From positions 922-64,921 of the forward strand of contig JAQVJP010000001.1 in NCBI GenBank assembly GCA_028695145.1: 64,000 nucleotides of DNA. Direction: 5' to 3'. Below the pieces are notes generated by a model. It worked only from the letters and a program-made list of their open reading frames with translations. It was not told where the DNA came from and did no database searches. Position 1 is the stretch's first letter, and the number at the start of each line of letters is the position of its first letter. A program made the position numbers and the translations under genes. Below, piece after piece: positions 20,827-32,766 of the stretch. The DNA comes from Eubacteriales bacterium (GTDB lineage Bacteria > Bacillota > Clostridia > Saccharofermentanales > UBA5734).

Positions 20827-22220
20827 TTGAATCTATTTCGGTTCGTAAGCTGTTCAGAGATACAGATTTGTATCTTGGCAAGTCTGTTACTGTGGCCGGA
20901 TGGATCAGGACAGTTCGTGATCAGAAGCAATTTGGTTTTATCAGCCTTAATGATGGTAGTTTTTTTCAATCTTTACAGATCGTGTTTGAAAGAGAAAACC
21001 TTGATAACTATGATGAAGTCTCACGTTATGGCAACGGCAGCGCAATAATAGCAAAAGGGATACTTGTAGAAACACCTGATTCTAAACAACCATTTGAACT
21101 TAAAGCTGAGAGTATAGTTTTGGAGGGTTCATGCCCGCCGGAGTATCCTCTTCAGCCGAAGAGACATACTCCGGAATATCTGCGTACGATTGCTCACTTG
21201 CGTGCGCGTACTAATCTTCTGTCTGCGGCATTTCGTGTTCGTTCAGTTGCTGCTTATGCTATCCATCGTTTTTTTATGGAACGTGAGTTTGTATATGTAC
21301 ATACACCTATTATTACCGGCAGCGATGCTGAGGGTGCTGGCCAGATGTTTACAGTTACTACTCTTGATATGAATAATCCTCCACTTGACGATAAAGGCAA
21401 AATCGATTTCAGCCGAGATTTTTTTGGCAAACATACAAACCTTACTGTAAGTGGACAGTTATCTGGTGAAACTTTTGCCATGGCCTTTAAAAACATCTAT
21501 ACTTTCGGACCTACCTTCAGAGCTGAAAACTCAAATACTGTTAAGCACGCCGCAGAATTTTGGATGATAGAGCCTGAGATTGCCTTTGCTGACCTTGAAG
21601 ATGATATGCGCTTGGCAGAAGACATGATCAAGTACATTATTCGAACAGTTTTGGATGAGTGCCCAGAAGAGATGCAATTCTTCAACCAGTTTGTTGACCG
21701 CGATCTTATGAATCGTTTAAACAATGTAGTTAATAATGATTTTGCCGTTATAACATATACCGAAGCAGTTGAAAAATTGCATGAAGTTCGTGACCGTTTT
21801 ACATATCCCGTAGATTGGGGTTGTGATCTGCAAACTGAGCATGAGCGCTATTTGACCGAGGAACTGTTTGGCAGACCTTTGTTTGTGATTAATTATCCCA
21901 AAGACATAAAAGCATTCTATATGAAGCTTAATGATGATGGGAAAACTGTTGCTGCGATGGATTGTCTTGTGCCTGGTATTGGAGAAATAATTGGCGGCAG
22001 TCAACGTGAAGAGAATATTGAGACACTACGAAGCCGTATGGAAGAGCTTGATTTGAATGAAGAAGACTATTGGTGGTATTTACAGCTACGTGAATACGGC
22101 TCTGCCAGACATGCTGGATTTGGTCTTGGCTTCGAGCGTATGATTATGTATTTAACGGGTATATCAAATATTCGTGATGTGATACCATTTGCCAGAACAA
22201 CAGGAAGTGCGGATTTCTAA
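20823..22220 (+). CDS. asnS: asparagine--tRNA ligase
   Basis: OB-fold N-terminus ([12 protein letters not shown]), class II motifs ([35 protein letters not shown]). ATG 20823 overlaps the upstream stop (ATGA). Confidence 0.9.
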   Translation: MIESISVRKLFRDTDLYLGKSVTVAGWIRTVRDQKQFGFISLNDGSFFQSLQIVFERENLDNYDEVSRYGNGSAIIAKGILVETPDSKQPFELKAESIVLEGSCPPEYPLQPKRHTPEYLRTIAHLRARTNLLSAAFRVRSVAAYAIHRFFMEREFVYVHTPIITGSDAEGAGQMFTVTTLDMNNPPLDDKGKIDFSRDFFGKHTNLTVSGQLSGETFAMAFKNIYTFGPTFRAENSNTVKHAAEFWMIEPEIAFADLEDDMRLAEDMIKYIIRTVLDECPEEMQFFNQFVDRDLMNRLNNVVNNDFAVITYTEAVEKLHEVRDRFTYPVDWGCDLQTEHERYLTEELFGRPLFVINYPKDIKAFYMKLNDDGKTVAAMDCLVPGIGEIIGGSQREENIETLRSRMEELDLNEEDYWWYLQLREYGSARHAGFGLGFERMIMYLTGISNIRDVIPFARTTGSADF

Positions 22221-22222
22221 GT

Positions 22223-22915
22223 ATGAGAAACGAGGCCAGCTGTGTAAGTAATTCAGCCGTTGATAATCAGAATACTCTGCTGGTGCTTGCTTCTGCTTCA
22301 CCAAGAAGACATGAATTATTTGATCGATTTTGGGGCTGTCATAACTATCAGGTTTGCGTACCCTTGTATGATGAGCAGGCAGCCCTGACTAAGTTTCATA
22401 GCAGAGAGCCCAAAATGGTGACTGAATACTTGGCCGCTGGTAAAATTGAAGCGCTTCGAGATCAGTTGTTATTTACTGACAATGTTGTTGCTGTTGCTGC
22501 GGATACAATTGTTGAAGTTGATGGCATAATTCTTGGTAAGCCTGCTGATGAGGCTGAAGCGATGGATATGTTATCTAAGTTATCAGATAGGAAACATCGT
22601 GTTTTAACATCAGTTGGACTTTTTTTGAAAAGTGACAATTTTGAACAGATGATAGTGCAAACAGAGGAAACAGCTGTTACTTTTGCCCAGCTTGATCGAG
22701 ATATGATCGAATGGTATATAAAAACCGGTGAGCCTCTTGATAAGGCTGGAGCTTATGGTATTCAGGGATTTGGCAGCGCACTGATAAAAAAGATTGATGG
22801 CTGCTATTATAATGTAATGGGTTTGCCAGTGAACAGGTTGATGAACATGCTGCGACAAGCGGCTGTAAGTTCACCTGAGTTTAGTTTTGTTAAAGGTTTA
22901 TTGCCTTGGTCCTGA
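22223..22915 (+). CDS. maf: Maf-family nucleoside triphosphate pyrophosphatase
   Basis: LVLASASPRR, AADTIV and GAYGIQG motifs. Upstream of radC-mreCD. Confidence 0.85.
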   Translation: MRNEASCVSNSAVDNQNTLLVLASASPRRHELFDRFWGCHNYQVCVPLYDEQAALTKFHSREPKMVTEYLAAGKIEALRDQLLFTDNVVAVAADTIVEVDGIILGKPADEAEAMDMLSKLSDRKHRVLTSVGLFLKSDNFEQMIVQTEETAVTFAQLDRDMIEWYIKTGEPLDKAGAYGIQGFGSALIKKIDGCYYNVMGLPVNRLMNMLRQAAVSSPEFSFVKGLLPWS

Positions 22916-22942
22916 CAGGCCTCCTGGAAGGAGACTTGAAAA

Positions 22943-23644
22943 ATGGAGCACAACAGAAATCTGCAGATGAAAAATCTGCCATCAGACGACAGACCTTATG
23001 AGAAACTTGAGCGGCTCGGTGCACGTGGTATGACGGATGCCGAACTTTTATCAGTTATTATAAGGAGTGGAACAAGGGAAGTATCAGCATTGCAGCTTGG
23101 TCAGAAAATCATGTCATCAGCCGGTGACCGAGGTTTAATGATGCTACTTGACTCAAGCTTGGAGGAACTGAAAGAAATACCTGGCATAGGCAGAGTCAAG
23201 GCTCTCCAAATTAAGGCAGCGCTTGAAATTGGCAACAGAACTGTAGAACAGGCAAGAAGCAAGCCGCGAAAACAGATTAGAACTCCTGATGACGCAAAAG
23301 AGATGCTCGAGGAACAACTAAGATCGCTAAATCGTGAAGAACTTCACATGATTATGCTTGACATTAGAAACAGGGTCATCAGAACTGTGCGCATGTCAGA
23401 AGGTGGTTTGACTTCTGCGGTGATACAGCCACGCGATTTATTTAGAGAGGCTGTAAAAGCAAATGCGGCTGGTATAATATTAGTGCATAATCATCCAAGT
23501 GGAGATTCCAGTCCCAGTAGAGATGATATTGAATCAACACTTAGACTGATTGAAATGGGGCAACTCATGGGGATTAAGGTAATCGATCATCTTGTTATAG
23601 CTGTTTCTGGATGTACAAGCCTCAAACAGGAAGGGCATATTTAA
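22943..23644 (+). CDS. radC: RadC-family JAB-domain protein
   Basis: PYEKLxxxG, ELLSVIIRSG, HhH (IPGIGRVKALQIKA) and JAMM motif HNHPSGDSSPSRDD. Confidence 0.9.
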   Translation: MEHNRNLQMKNLPSDDRPYEKLERLGARGMTDAELLSVIIRSGTREVSALQLGQKIMSSAGDRGLMMLLDSSLEELKEIPGIGRVKALQIKAALEIGNRTVEQARSKPRKQIRTPDDAKEMLEEQLRSLNREELHMIMLDIRNRVIRTVRMSEGGLTSAVIQPRDLFREAVKANAAGIILVHNHPSGDSSPSRDDIESTLRLIEMGQLMGIKVIDHLVIAVSGCTSLKQEGHI

Positions 23645-23668
23645 AAGAATTATACGAGGAGTACCTGA

Positions 23669-24514
23669 ATGCGCAAGGTTGTGCGAACAAGAATATTTAC
23701 AGTAGTACTAACAAGCCTGATTTTGTTGGCACTTATTTTGCTCTCTTCTTTTCCGGGAAGCCCTTTGAATCATTTGACCAGTCCCGTAAGCGCTATTTTC
23801 AAACCTATACAATCTTCATTTCGTAGTGTAACTGGCAATATATCAGACTTCTGGATTTCTCTTACCGATGGAATGAGCATACGACAAGAAAATGAGAAAC
23901 TTGCTCAGGAGAACGCCCAGCTCAAAAATAAGGTGTCTCAACTTGAAGCAGCTGGCAGAAATTATGAAGAGCTTAAAACGGCATTACAGCTCAAAGATAA
24001 ATTTGATCGTTATGAAATAGCAGGTGCCAGAATATTAACGCGCGAGCTTGGTACCTGGTTCGATGTTTTCAAAATTGGTTCAGGAACCGCTGATGGTATT
24101 ACTATAACTGAATCTGAGTCATTTGCTGTTGTTGATGCCCAATCACGACTAATTGGCCGAGTTTTGTCATCAGATTTGACAACGGCAAAAGTTCTTCCGC
24201 TCTTGCATGAGGGTTTCGCGGTCAGTGCCAGAGTAAATGAAGTTAATGGTGCTATTGTAAGATTGAGAGGAGATATAGAACTTAAAGAGGATAATTTATG
24301 CGTGGCTGATCAAATACCAACAAGCTCGGATTTAAGAATAGGTGATGAATTAGTTACAAGTGGTTTAGGCGGATTGTTTCCTGAGGGCATATTGATAGGT
24401 AGTATTATCGAATTCAGAGATGATGCTGCAGGTAGAAAAATTGCGATAGTTCGGCCGTCTGTTGATTTTGATAATATGTCTGTTGTTTTTATTATGAAAG
24501 GTTTGCAGTCATGA
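23669..24514 (+). CDS. mreC: rod shape-determining protein MreC
   Basis: N-terminal TM, coiled coil (ENEKLAQENAQLKNK), beta-barrel domains and LVTSGLGGLFPEGILIG. Confidence 0.9.
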   Translation: MRKVVRTRIFTVVLTSLILLALILLSSFPGSPLNHLTSPVSAIFKPIQSSFRSVTGNISDFWISLTDGMSIRQENEKLAQENAQLKNKVSQLEAAGRNYEELKTALQLKDKFDRYEIAGARILTRELGTWFDVFKIGSGTADGITITESESFAVVDAQSRLIGRVLSSDLTTAKVLPLLHEGFAVSARVNEVNGAIVRLRGDIELKEDNLCVADQIPTSSDLRIGDELVTSGLGGLFPEGILIGSIIEFRDDAAGRKIAIVRPSVDFDNMSVVFIMKGLQS

Positions 24515-25098
24515 GATTTCTCAAAAAGCATGGCAGACAAATTCTGGTTTATTCGATTTATATTATAAGTTTAACAGTTTTTCAGTTTGCTCTATCTGGA
24601 TGGCTGGTTCCAATATCTTATATGCCTGATCTGGTCTTGATACTGGTTGTTGTTTGCGGAAGTTTCTTTGGTAGTGACGACGGCATGATAATTGGCATTT
24701 TAGCTGGATTTTTGCGCGATATGATGGTGGGCAGAGTTCTTGGTCTTGGTATGCTTTTGTTTATGTTTGCCGGATTGACAGCATCAATATTTTTAAAGAA
24801 CTCTATAAGACGCAATCCGTTATTAACTATAATTCAAGTTGCTGCTGTAAGTTTGATTTATGAAATTGTAATTGTGATTTTGACGTTTCTTTTTCCAATG
24901 CTTCCTGATCAGGTGTACTCATTTGACATGCTGATAAATTTGAGATACAGCGATGCGTTACGAAAAATTCTTGTTAATGTCGTTGCTGCAGTTCCTATAA
25001 TGTTTCTTCTTCACTACGCAGGCCCATATAGACGTGGCCAGCAAAGAACCGGAATGGAAGATGAGGGAGAAGGGGGACACGCATGGCACAAGATTTAA
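24511..25098 (+). CDS. mreD: rod shape-determining protein MreD
   Basis: Small polytopic membrane protein (PDLVLILVV motif) translationally coupled to mreC. Confidence 0.75.
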   Translation: MRFLKKHGRQILVYSIYIISLTVFQFALSGWLVPISYMPDLVLILVVVCGSFFGSDDGMIIGILAGFLRDMMVGRVLGLGMLLFMFAGLTASIFLKNSIRRNPLLTIIQVAAVSLIYEIVIVILTFLFPMLPDQVYSFDMLINLRYSDALRKILVNVVAAVPIMFLLHYAGPYRRGQQRTGMEDEGEGGHAWHKI

Positions 25099-27449
25099 AG
25101 AAAACCTATTATATATTTGATCATGATGAAGCCCAGCCACTTGAAATGTCAGAGGAAAAACGTCCTGGAATTAAGCATCGGGTAAGTTCATTTCTCCGAA
25201 GCCGTTTTGCTATCATGAGTATCGCGTTTTCTATAGCCGGCATTATGATATTCTATCGAACAGCAGCTCTGCAGCTCGATCCTGGAGCTGTTTCTGGAGT
25301 AAGTGAGAGCAGTGGAATATCGCGCCAACAGGTTATACAAGCTCCAAGGGGAGATATTTATGATGCTTCCGGAGTAGCTCTTGCATATTCAGAATCCATT
25401 CCTGTCCTATTTCTCAGTTATGCAGGACTTGATGATGAGTCTCTTAATACCATGTTGCTTGATTTAGCTTTGACTCTTGAATCTTATGGTGTTGAGATCG
25501 ATTCAGAGTTGCTTGATTATTTTGAGCTTGATCATACCTCTTGCGATCATGATCCCGGGGAAGGTCAAGATTGCGGCATCGCTGTTTTTAAGAAAAATAT
25601 TGAAGAAGTTAAATACTGGCAGAGTAATCAAAATTTATTTGCTCTCAAGGAAATTGAAAAATCTACAAAATCTGATTTTGCTGACGATTATGTTAAAACC
25701 GATCCTGAAGAGTTTTATAAATATCTTTTGTACAGTAAATATAAAATAGAAAACTATGAATCTGATGGATTAAGATACAGCCGTGAAGACGCATTGCGAA
25801 TAATGAAACTTCGTTATCTGATCATGAAAAACAATTGGTCTTTTATTAATGGAACACCAGTTGAGATTGCTCGAAATCTACCTGATGAGCTTATAAGTCT
25901 GATAAATGAACAGAATTTTAGATTTATGGGTACGATTATTGATTATGACAGTCAGAGGGCTTATTCAGATCAGGTCCGGTATCTCAGTCATGTTATCGGG
26001 TATATTGGCAGAATATCATCATCACAATATGAGCAGCTCAGAGAGTTAGGCTATGAACCTGATGCAATGATAGGACAAGCAGGAGTAGAATCGTCTGCAG
26101 AAAGATATCTGTCTGGTCAAAATGGTGTAAAACCATACAATATCTGGTCTGTATCAGCTGAAAATGGAGTTTTCTTTCCCCAATCAACGGGTAAAGACGC
26201 TGTGCCCGGTAATGATATCCAATTAACTATTGAGTTACCACTTCAGAAGCTGGCGCAGACTTCATTAGAGCAGGTTATTGAACAGATCAGAAATAGTCCG
26301 GATAACAAAAATAAGGGTGATGCTGACGCTGGTTCGGTTGTTGTCTTAAATGCTAAAACTGGTGCTGTGCTTGCTATGGCAAGCTATCCATATTATGATC
26401 CAAACGATTTTCTCATTCAGTCATATGATGAGGAAGCCGCGAAGCGTGTCAGCCAGTATCTACAAGACAATGATCAAAAACCTATGATGAATCGGGCTAT
26501 CATGGAAATATACGCACCTGGATCGACATTTAAACCGGTAACTGCTGTTGCAGCACTTGAAAGCGGAGCTATTACCCCTACTTCAAGTGTTATCAGATGC
26601 CGTGGTTCTGAAGTAATAGGAGATTGGCCTTGGCGCTGCCTTGAATATCCTGTAGGCGGGCATGGAGACCTTACACTGACTCGCGGAATGGCGACATCAT
26701 GTAATATGTACTTCTATCATCTTGGTGTGAAAACAGGCGTCGATAATATTGATTACTGGGGACGCAAACTTGGTTTAGGAGAATTGACTGGGATTGATCT
26801 GCCTGGAGAGGTTAAAGGTTATCGTTCAAGTAGAGATACTAAAATTCTTCTGCGTAGTAACCCTGCAGACCAGATTTGGTTTCCTGCTGATACCTGTCAA
26901 ACAGCAATTGGCCAGTTTGATAATAGTTTCACAGTTTTACAGCTGGCTCGCTATACTGCGGCTGTAGCTACAGGTAATCTTGTTACACCTCATGTTGTTT
27001 CACAGGTCATCAGACATGATGGTGTTGTAATCGAATATAATAATCCGGAACCTCAGCCAATTGGTATGGAACAGACAACATTGGATGCTGTTCGTGAAGC
27101 TATGGTTGCGGTTAGTAGGGATAACGAGGGGACTGCAAGGAAATATTTTTCTGATTATCCGATTGATGTAGCAGCAAAAACTGGTACTGCGGAGACTGGC
27201 AAAGAAGATGTGTCTTCTTCAAATGGTTTGTTTATTTGTTATGCGCCAGCGGATGATCCAGAGATCGTAATCGCCCAAATAATTGAAAAGGGCGCCTGGG
27301 GTTCAAATACGATAGGTATCGCAAAAAATATATTGGATGCCTGGTTTGGTTTCGATTCGGACGGATCACCTTCAGATTTAGTATCAGAACCAGCAGTTTC
27401 AGGGTTAGGTTCTGATACCTCAGAGAATGAAGAAACAGAACCAAATTAA
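25083..27449 (+). CDS. mrdA: penicillin-binding protein 2 (peptidoglycan D,D-transpeptidase)
   Basis: N-terminal TM. The transpeptidase triad is STFK (APGSTFKP), SCN (TSCNMYF) and KTGT (AKTGTAE). Confidence 0.9.
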   Translation: MAQDLKKTYYIFDHDEAQPLEMSEEKRPGIKHRVSSFLRSRFAIMSIAFSIAGIMIFYRTAALQLDPGAVSGVSESSGISRQQVIQAPRGDIYDASGVALAYSESIPVLFLSYAGLDDESLNTMLLDLALTLESYGVEIDSELLDYFELDHTSCDHDPGEGQDCGIAVFKKNIEEVKYWQSNQNLFALKEIEKSTKSDFADDYVKTDPEEFYKYLLYSKYKIENYESDGLRYSREDALRIMKLRYLIMKNNWSFINGTPVEIARNLPDELISLINEQNFRFMGTIIDYDSQRAYSDQVRYLSHVIGYIGRISSSQYEQLRELGYEPDAMIGQAGVESSAERYLSGQNGVKPYNIWSVSAENGVFFPQSTGKDAVPGNDIQLTIELPLQKLAQTSLEQVIEQIRNSPDNKNKGDADAGSVVVLNAKTGAVLAMASYPYYDPNDFLIQSYDEEAAKRVSQYLQDNDQKPMMNRAIMEIYAPGSTFKPVTAVAALESGAITPTSSVIRCRGSEVIGDWPWRCLEYPVGGHGDLTLTRGMATSCNMYFYHLGVKTGVDNIDYWGRKLGLGELTGIDLPGEVKGYRSSRDTKILLRSNPADQIWFPADTCQTAIGQFDNSFTVLQLARYTAAVATGNLVTPHVVSQVIRHDGVVIEYNNPEPQPIGMEQTTLDAVREAMVAVSRDNEGTARKYFSDYPIDVAAKTGTAETGKEDVSSSNGLFICYAPADDPEIVIAQIIEKGAWGSNTIGIAKNILDAWFGFDSDGSPSDLVSEPAVSGLGSDTSENEETEPN

Positions 27450-27587
27450 TATATTAGTAGTGTAATGTGCTATGATTATTTGAGATTACTGTACATATTA
27501 TGAACTAAATTCTATTGCAGTCTTGTTAGAATTGGCAAATGTGGTTAGAATAGATAACAGTTACGTGCATACAGGGGAGGTAGACTT

Positions 27588-27977
27588 GTGAATATTGTTT
27601 TGCTTGCAGATCACCGAAAAAATGAATTATTGGTAAATTTCTGCATCGCCTATAGTCAAATTTTATCCAGACACACCATGTATTCTTTGTTTAATACATC
27701 CAAGCTGATTCGTGACGCGACATCTCTTGACGTTATAGGTTTGTCTACCGAAATATCAGGTAGTCTTGACCAGCTGGCTTCGAGGGCTATGTATAACGAA
27801 ATTGATGCTGTGTTATATTTGCGTGATCCGCTGTTGGAAACATATGATGCACCAAACGCTCTTCTAAAAGCATGTGATACAAACAGCATTCCTGTTGCAA
27901 CAAATATTGCAACGTCTGAATTGTTAGTTCTGGCAATAGATCGTGGCGATTTGGACTGGCGCGAACTTGTTCGTTGA
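27588..27977 (+). CDS. methylglyoxal synthase-like (MGS-like) domain protein, probably non-catalytic
   Basis: Collinear with MgsA (MNIVLLADHRKN..., LRDPL..., IPVATNIATSE). However, the AHD, GTTG and PHDPD catalytic/phosphate motifs read ADH, FNTSK and TYDAPN. Confidence 0.7.
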   Translation: MNIVLLADHRKNELLVNFCIAYSQILSRHTMYSLFNTSKLIRDATSLDVIGLSTEISGSLDQLASRAMYNEIDAVLYLRDPLLETYDAPNALLKACDTNSIPVATNIATSELLVLAIDRGDLDWRELVR

Positions 27978-28017
27978 CCATATTGTTCATAGGGATATAT
28001 TATTCGTATAACAAAAA

Positions 28018-28050
28018 ATGCAAGTTATGAAAAAATAACTTGCATTTTTT
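28018..28050 (+). terminator. rho-independent terminator after the MGS-like gene
   Basis: ATGCAAGTTAT-gaaaaa-ATAACTTGCAT followed by a T-run. Confidence 0.8.
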
Positions 28051-28051
28051 C

Positions 28052-28080
28052 TTGACGAAATCGCAACTTAGCAATAGAAT
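28052..28080 (+). promoter_or_regulatory. sigma-A-type promoter upstream of gdhA
   Basis: TTGACG (28052-28057), a 17-nt spacer, then TAGAAT (28075-28080). Confidence 0.55.
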
Positions 28081-28086
28081 GATTGA

Positions 28087-29499
<1,413 letters not shown>

Positions 29500-29551
29500 T
29501 TGTTAATTGATAATGTATTGTAGCATTTAGATAATATAACAATGCTCCCGT

Positions 29552-29596
29552 GGGGATGCCGGCTGTACAGTAAACAGCATGGCATCCTCATTTTTT
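29552..29596 (+). terminator. rho-independent terminator after gdhA
   Basis: Long hairpin: GGGGATGCC...GGCATCCTC with an inner GCTGT/ACAGC pairing, followed by TTTTTT. Confidence 0.7.
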
Positions 29597-29662
29597 ATAT
29601 GTTAGAATACTCAATGGTGTTTTAACGAGAACAAATAATATGTTGCCTGGAGGGATAATACA

Positions 29663-30313
29663 ATGTCCTGGTCGATCAGCAGATTACCTATAAGCGGATT
29701 TGCCGCAAATTGTTACTGGCTTGAAAACGGATCTGAAGCTTGGCTTATAGATCCTGCGGCCTGGCCAGAAAAAAGACCTCCAACGGACGCGATTCTTCAG
29801 GGAATAATTGTTACTCATGGTCACATGGATCATATTTTGACTGCGGATGATTGGCGTGATAAATACAATGTACCCTTGATGATTCATAAGATGGACGCGC
29901 ATATGTTAGCAGACAGTATGGCTAATGTTTCAGCAAGGTTTGGTAGACCTTTGAGCTGGCGTGAACCAGAAAGAATTCTCCAGTCTGATGAGATTTTGCA
30001 AACCGGTGATGGTTCTATCTTAAAAATTATTCATACACCAGGCCATACAAGTGGTGGAATATGTATATTATTAGTTGATGAAACCGGTCAGGATCAAGCT
30101 TTGTTTACTGGTGATACAATATTTTCTGATAGTGTCGGTCGAACAGATTTAGGTGGCTCCGACAAGGAACTTGTGGATTCAATTTCAAAAATCAAGAGTC
30201 TGCTAAATACTAATAATGGTCAAATGCAGGTTTTTCCAGGGCATGGACCTGCAATTAGTTTTGCTGATTTATGTAAATCTCATCCGTGGCTGCGAACAAA
30301 TTCTGTTGAGTGA
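29663..30313 (+). CDS. MBL-fold metallo-hydrolase (glyoxalase II-like)
   Basis: THGHMDH and HTPGHTSG motifs, and GDTIF. Confidence 0.8.
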   Translation: MSWSISRLPISGFAANCYWLENGSEAWLIDPAAWPEKRPPTDAILQGIIVTHGHMDHILTADDWRDKYNVPLMIHKMDAHMLADSMANVSARFGRPLSWREPERILQSDEILQTGDGSILKIIHTPGHTSGGICILLVDETGQDQALFTGDTIFSDSVGRTDLGGSDKELVDSISKIKSLLNTNNGQMQVFPGHGPAISFADLCKSHPWLRTNSVE

Positions 30314-30328
30314 ATAAAAAAATGTTTG

Positions 30329-31363
30329 TTAGTTTACTCTTGTTGGTCTACTTTCACCATTAACAACACTATATAATCTGTTCTCGCCGGATCTACGATA
30401 AAATATGTAGTCACCAATTATACAGAATTCATTTACAGCGTCATCTATTTTGATAGTCGCTTCTGTAATATCAATACTATCTTTCAATTCGATAGAGAAG
30501 ACCTGATGTTGTCTGGTTTCGTCAATAAAAATTAAATGATTATTGTATAGAGAAAATTGATTGTTAAATCGATAATCTATTATTCTTTTTGGTGTAGCAG
30601 ATTTTTCTGCGCTATTATCGTCTATATTTAGACTGTAAAGATTGTAGTCTTCTTGAAGATCAGCATAATAGATATTGCCTTTATCGGCTTGCAGATTCGC
30701 GGCAGAAACGTCTGCAAGCTTAATTATTTTCTGCTGTTCAATCTGGTACTTTGCCAAACCATTGGCTGTACTCTTGCCGGAAATATAAAGGCAGTCGTTA
30801 TAAAGAATAAAATCATTAACAGCATAATCAGTTATAATGGTGCGATTGGTGCCGTCAAGTCTGAAGCTAACGATATTTCTGTCCGGGAGCTCAATTGCAT
30901 AAATACTATCTCGGTAAAAGACCAGGTTAATCAGCTCAGTTGAACCTATTCTCACATGTGAGCTGCCATCTGTGCGCATTTTTGATAGTGTGCCTGAACT
31001 GCTTCCTTCAGCGTAAAAGAACTGATCATTTGCAATGATTGGCCATGAGGAATAAGCATCACGTAAAACCTGGCTATTCTTGCCATCAGGATCTGAATTT
31101 ACAAACTTGCCATCGCTGTTGGTAAAATAAATTTTAGTACCATCGGATATAACCAGATTGCTGCCGGCAATATTTATATTGAACATAAGATTGTCAAGTT
31201 CTGTCTGATCATATGGCAGCTCAGGATTGTTTACAGGAAGCTGTTCCATACTACTCTCAGAATTATCACAACCAGCAAAACAAAATGAAGCTGCTATTAT
31301 AACAGCTGTTATTACAATAACTACAACTCCTTGGTAAGGCAAATAAGTATCTTTGTTAGGCAT
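30329..31363 (-). CDS. DUF5050-type beta-propeller lipoprotein
   Basis: Signal peptide with lipobox FAGC. About seven repeats of the IYY/IYF...DG(S/T)..., blade pattern. Confidence 0.65.
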   Translation of the reverse strand: MPNKDTYLPYQGVVVIVITAVIIAASFCFAGCDNSESSMEQLPVNNPELPYDQTELDNLMFNINIAGSNLVISDGTKIYFTNSDGKFVNSDPDGKNSQVLRDAYSSWPIIANDQFFYAEGSSSGTLSKMRTDGSSHVRIGSTELINLVFYRDSIYAIELPDRNIVSFRLDGTNRTIITDYAVNDFILYNDCLYISGKSTANGLAKYQIEQQKIIKLADVSAANLQADKGNIYYADLQEDYNLYSLNIDDNSAEKSATPKRIIDYRFNNQFSLYNNHLIFIDETRQHQVFSIELKDSIDITEATIKIDDAVNEFCIIGDYIFYRRSGENRLYSVVNGESRPTRVN

Positions 31364-31444
31364 ATTGTTACTCCTGACTTTACACTGATTTGATCAGGTG
31401 ATATTATATCATGTAATGTAATATATAACGCAATGATGAAGAGA

Positions 31445-31660
31445 GTAAGAAATGGAAATTCTAAGAGAGAAAGGGTCGTCGGCTGTAAGCCCTTTTGTAC
31501 GGAAATTTCTGAAGTTCACTTCTGAGCGGTTCGATTGAAATTGTATTAGGTCGAAACGGTTTGTTACCGTTATCAACACCATGAGTGTCGTGATTAGTCA
31601 CGGAATTCGGGTGGTACCGCGGATATACTTCCGTCCCGTTCTGGGTCGGAGGTTTTTTTA
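31445..31660 (+). promoter_or_regulatory. T-box leader (Phe specifier UUC) with terminator/antiterminator, controlling pheST
   Basis: Conserved T-box AATTCGGGTGGTACCGCGG at 31604-31622. Specifier-loop context GAAG-TTC-A at about 31531-31538. Terminator hairpin CTTCCGTCCC...GGGTCGGAGG plus a T-run at 31628-31660. The 5' boundary is approximate. Confidence 0.85.
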
Positions 31661-31716
31661 TTGCCTGCACCTTAGAAAACATTATTATGGAATTGATAAA
31701 AAAATGGAGGTTAATT

Positions 31717-32748
31717 ATGAGCAACATGAAAGAAGAGCTCAGAAAACTGGCTGATGACTTTCATCAGCAGACTGATAACGCTGCAGATCTGACAGAACTC
31801 GATGCTTTGCGTGTGAAATATATGGGTAAGAAGGGACCGCTGACTGCTGTGCTCCGTTCTATGGGCAGCTTATCACCTGAGGAACGTCCTCTGATGGGCC
31901 AGCTGGTAAATCAGGTTAGAGAAGAGATGGAGACTACTCTTGACAATAAAAAAAGCGCACTTAGGATTGCAGAAAAAAATCTAAAACTGGCTTCAGAGAC
32001 CATTGATATCAGTTTGCCGGGATCTTCTTCAGGATCAGGTGCCCGCCATCCTTTGACCAGAGTTATAGACGAGATATGTGAAGTTTTTCTTAATTTGGGA
32101 TATCAGATAGCTGAAGGCCCGGAAATTGAACTTGATCGCTACAACTTTGAACTCCTGAGAATCCCCGAAGGACATCCGGCAAGAGATACTCAAGATACAT
32201 TTTACATGAGTGACAACATTTTGCTGAGAACCCAGACTTCACCTGTTCAAATTCGTGTGATGGAAGAGCAGAAACCGCCACTTAAAATCATATGCCCTGG
32301 TAAAGTGTATCGTTCAGATACGCTTGATGCCACTCATTCACCAATTTTCCATCAAATTGAGGGATTAGTGGTAGATAAGGACGTAACCATGGGTGATCTG
32401 ATTGGTTCTTTGCAATTGTTCGCACGCCAATTGTTTGGAGAGAATACAAAAATAAGACTTAGACCTCATCATTTCCCCTTCACAGAACCAAGCTGTGAGG
32501 TAGATATAACTTGCTGGACATGCGGTGGATCAGGCTGCAGAACTTGTAAGGGAGAAGGTTGGATTGAGATACTTGGAGCTGGAATGGTACATCCTGAGGT
32601 GCTTTCGAATTGTGGTATAGATCCTGAGATATATAGTGGTTTTGCTTTTGGTATCGGTGTAGAGAGAACCGCTATGGGAAGATACGGCATAGATGATATC
32701 AGACATTTCTATGAAAATGACGTACGTTTCCTCAAACAGTTTAAATGA
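31717..32748 (+). CDS. pheS: phenylalanine--tRNA ligase alpha subunit
   Basis: ATG 31717 follows GGAGG. HPARDTQDTFY, FRxxxxDATHSPIFHQIEG and GFAFGIGVERTAM motifs. Confidence 0.95.
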   Translation: MSNMKEELRKLADDFHQQTDNAADLTELDALRVKYMGKKGPLTAVLRSMGSLSPEERPLMGQLVNQVREEMETTLDNKKSALRIAEKNLKLASETIDISLPGSSSGSGARHPLTRVIDEICEVFLNLGYQIAEGPEIELDRYNFELLRIPEGHPARDTQDTFYMSDNILLRTQTSPVQIRVMEEQKPPLKIICPGKVYRSDTLDATHSPIFHQIEGLVVDKDVTMGDLIGSLQLFARQLFGENTKIRLRPHHFPFTEPSCEVDITCWTCGGSGCRTCKGEGWIEILGAGMVHPEVLSNCGIDPEIYSGFAFGIGVERTAMGRYGIDDIRHFYENDVRFLKQFK

Positions 32749-32766
32749 AAGGATTGGTTGATATAA

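Noticed and set aside
31461-31727. 88-aa minus-strand ORF upstream of pheS
   Set aside because: The region is fully explained by the Phe T-box leader on the plus strand (T-box sequence, specifier and terminator).
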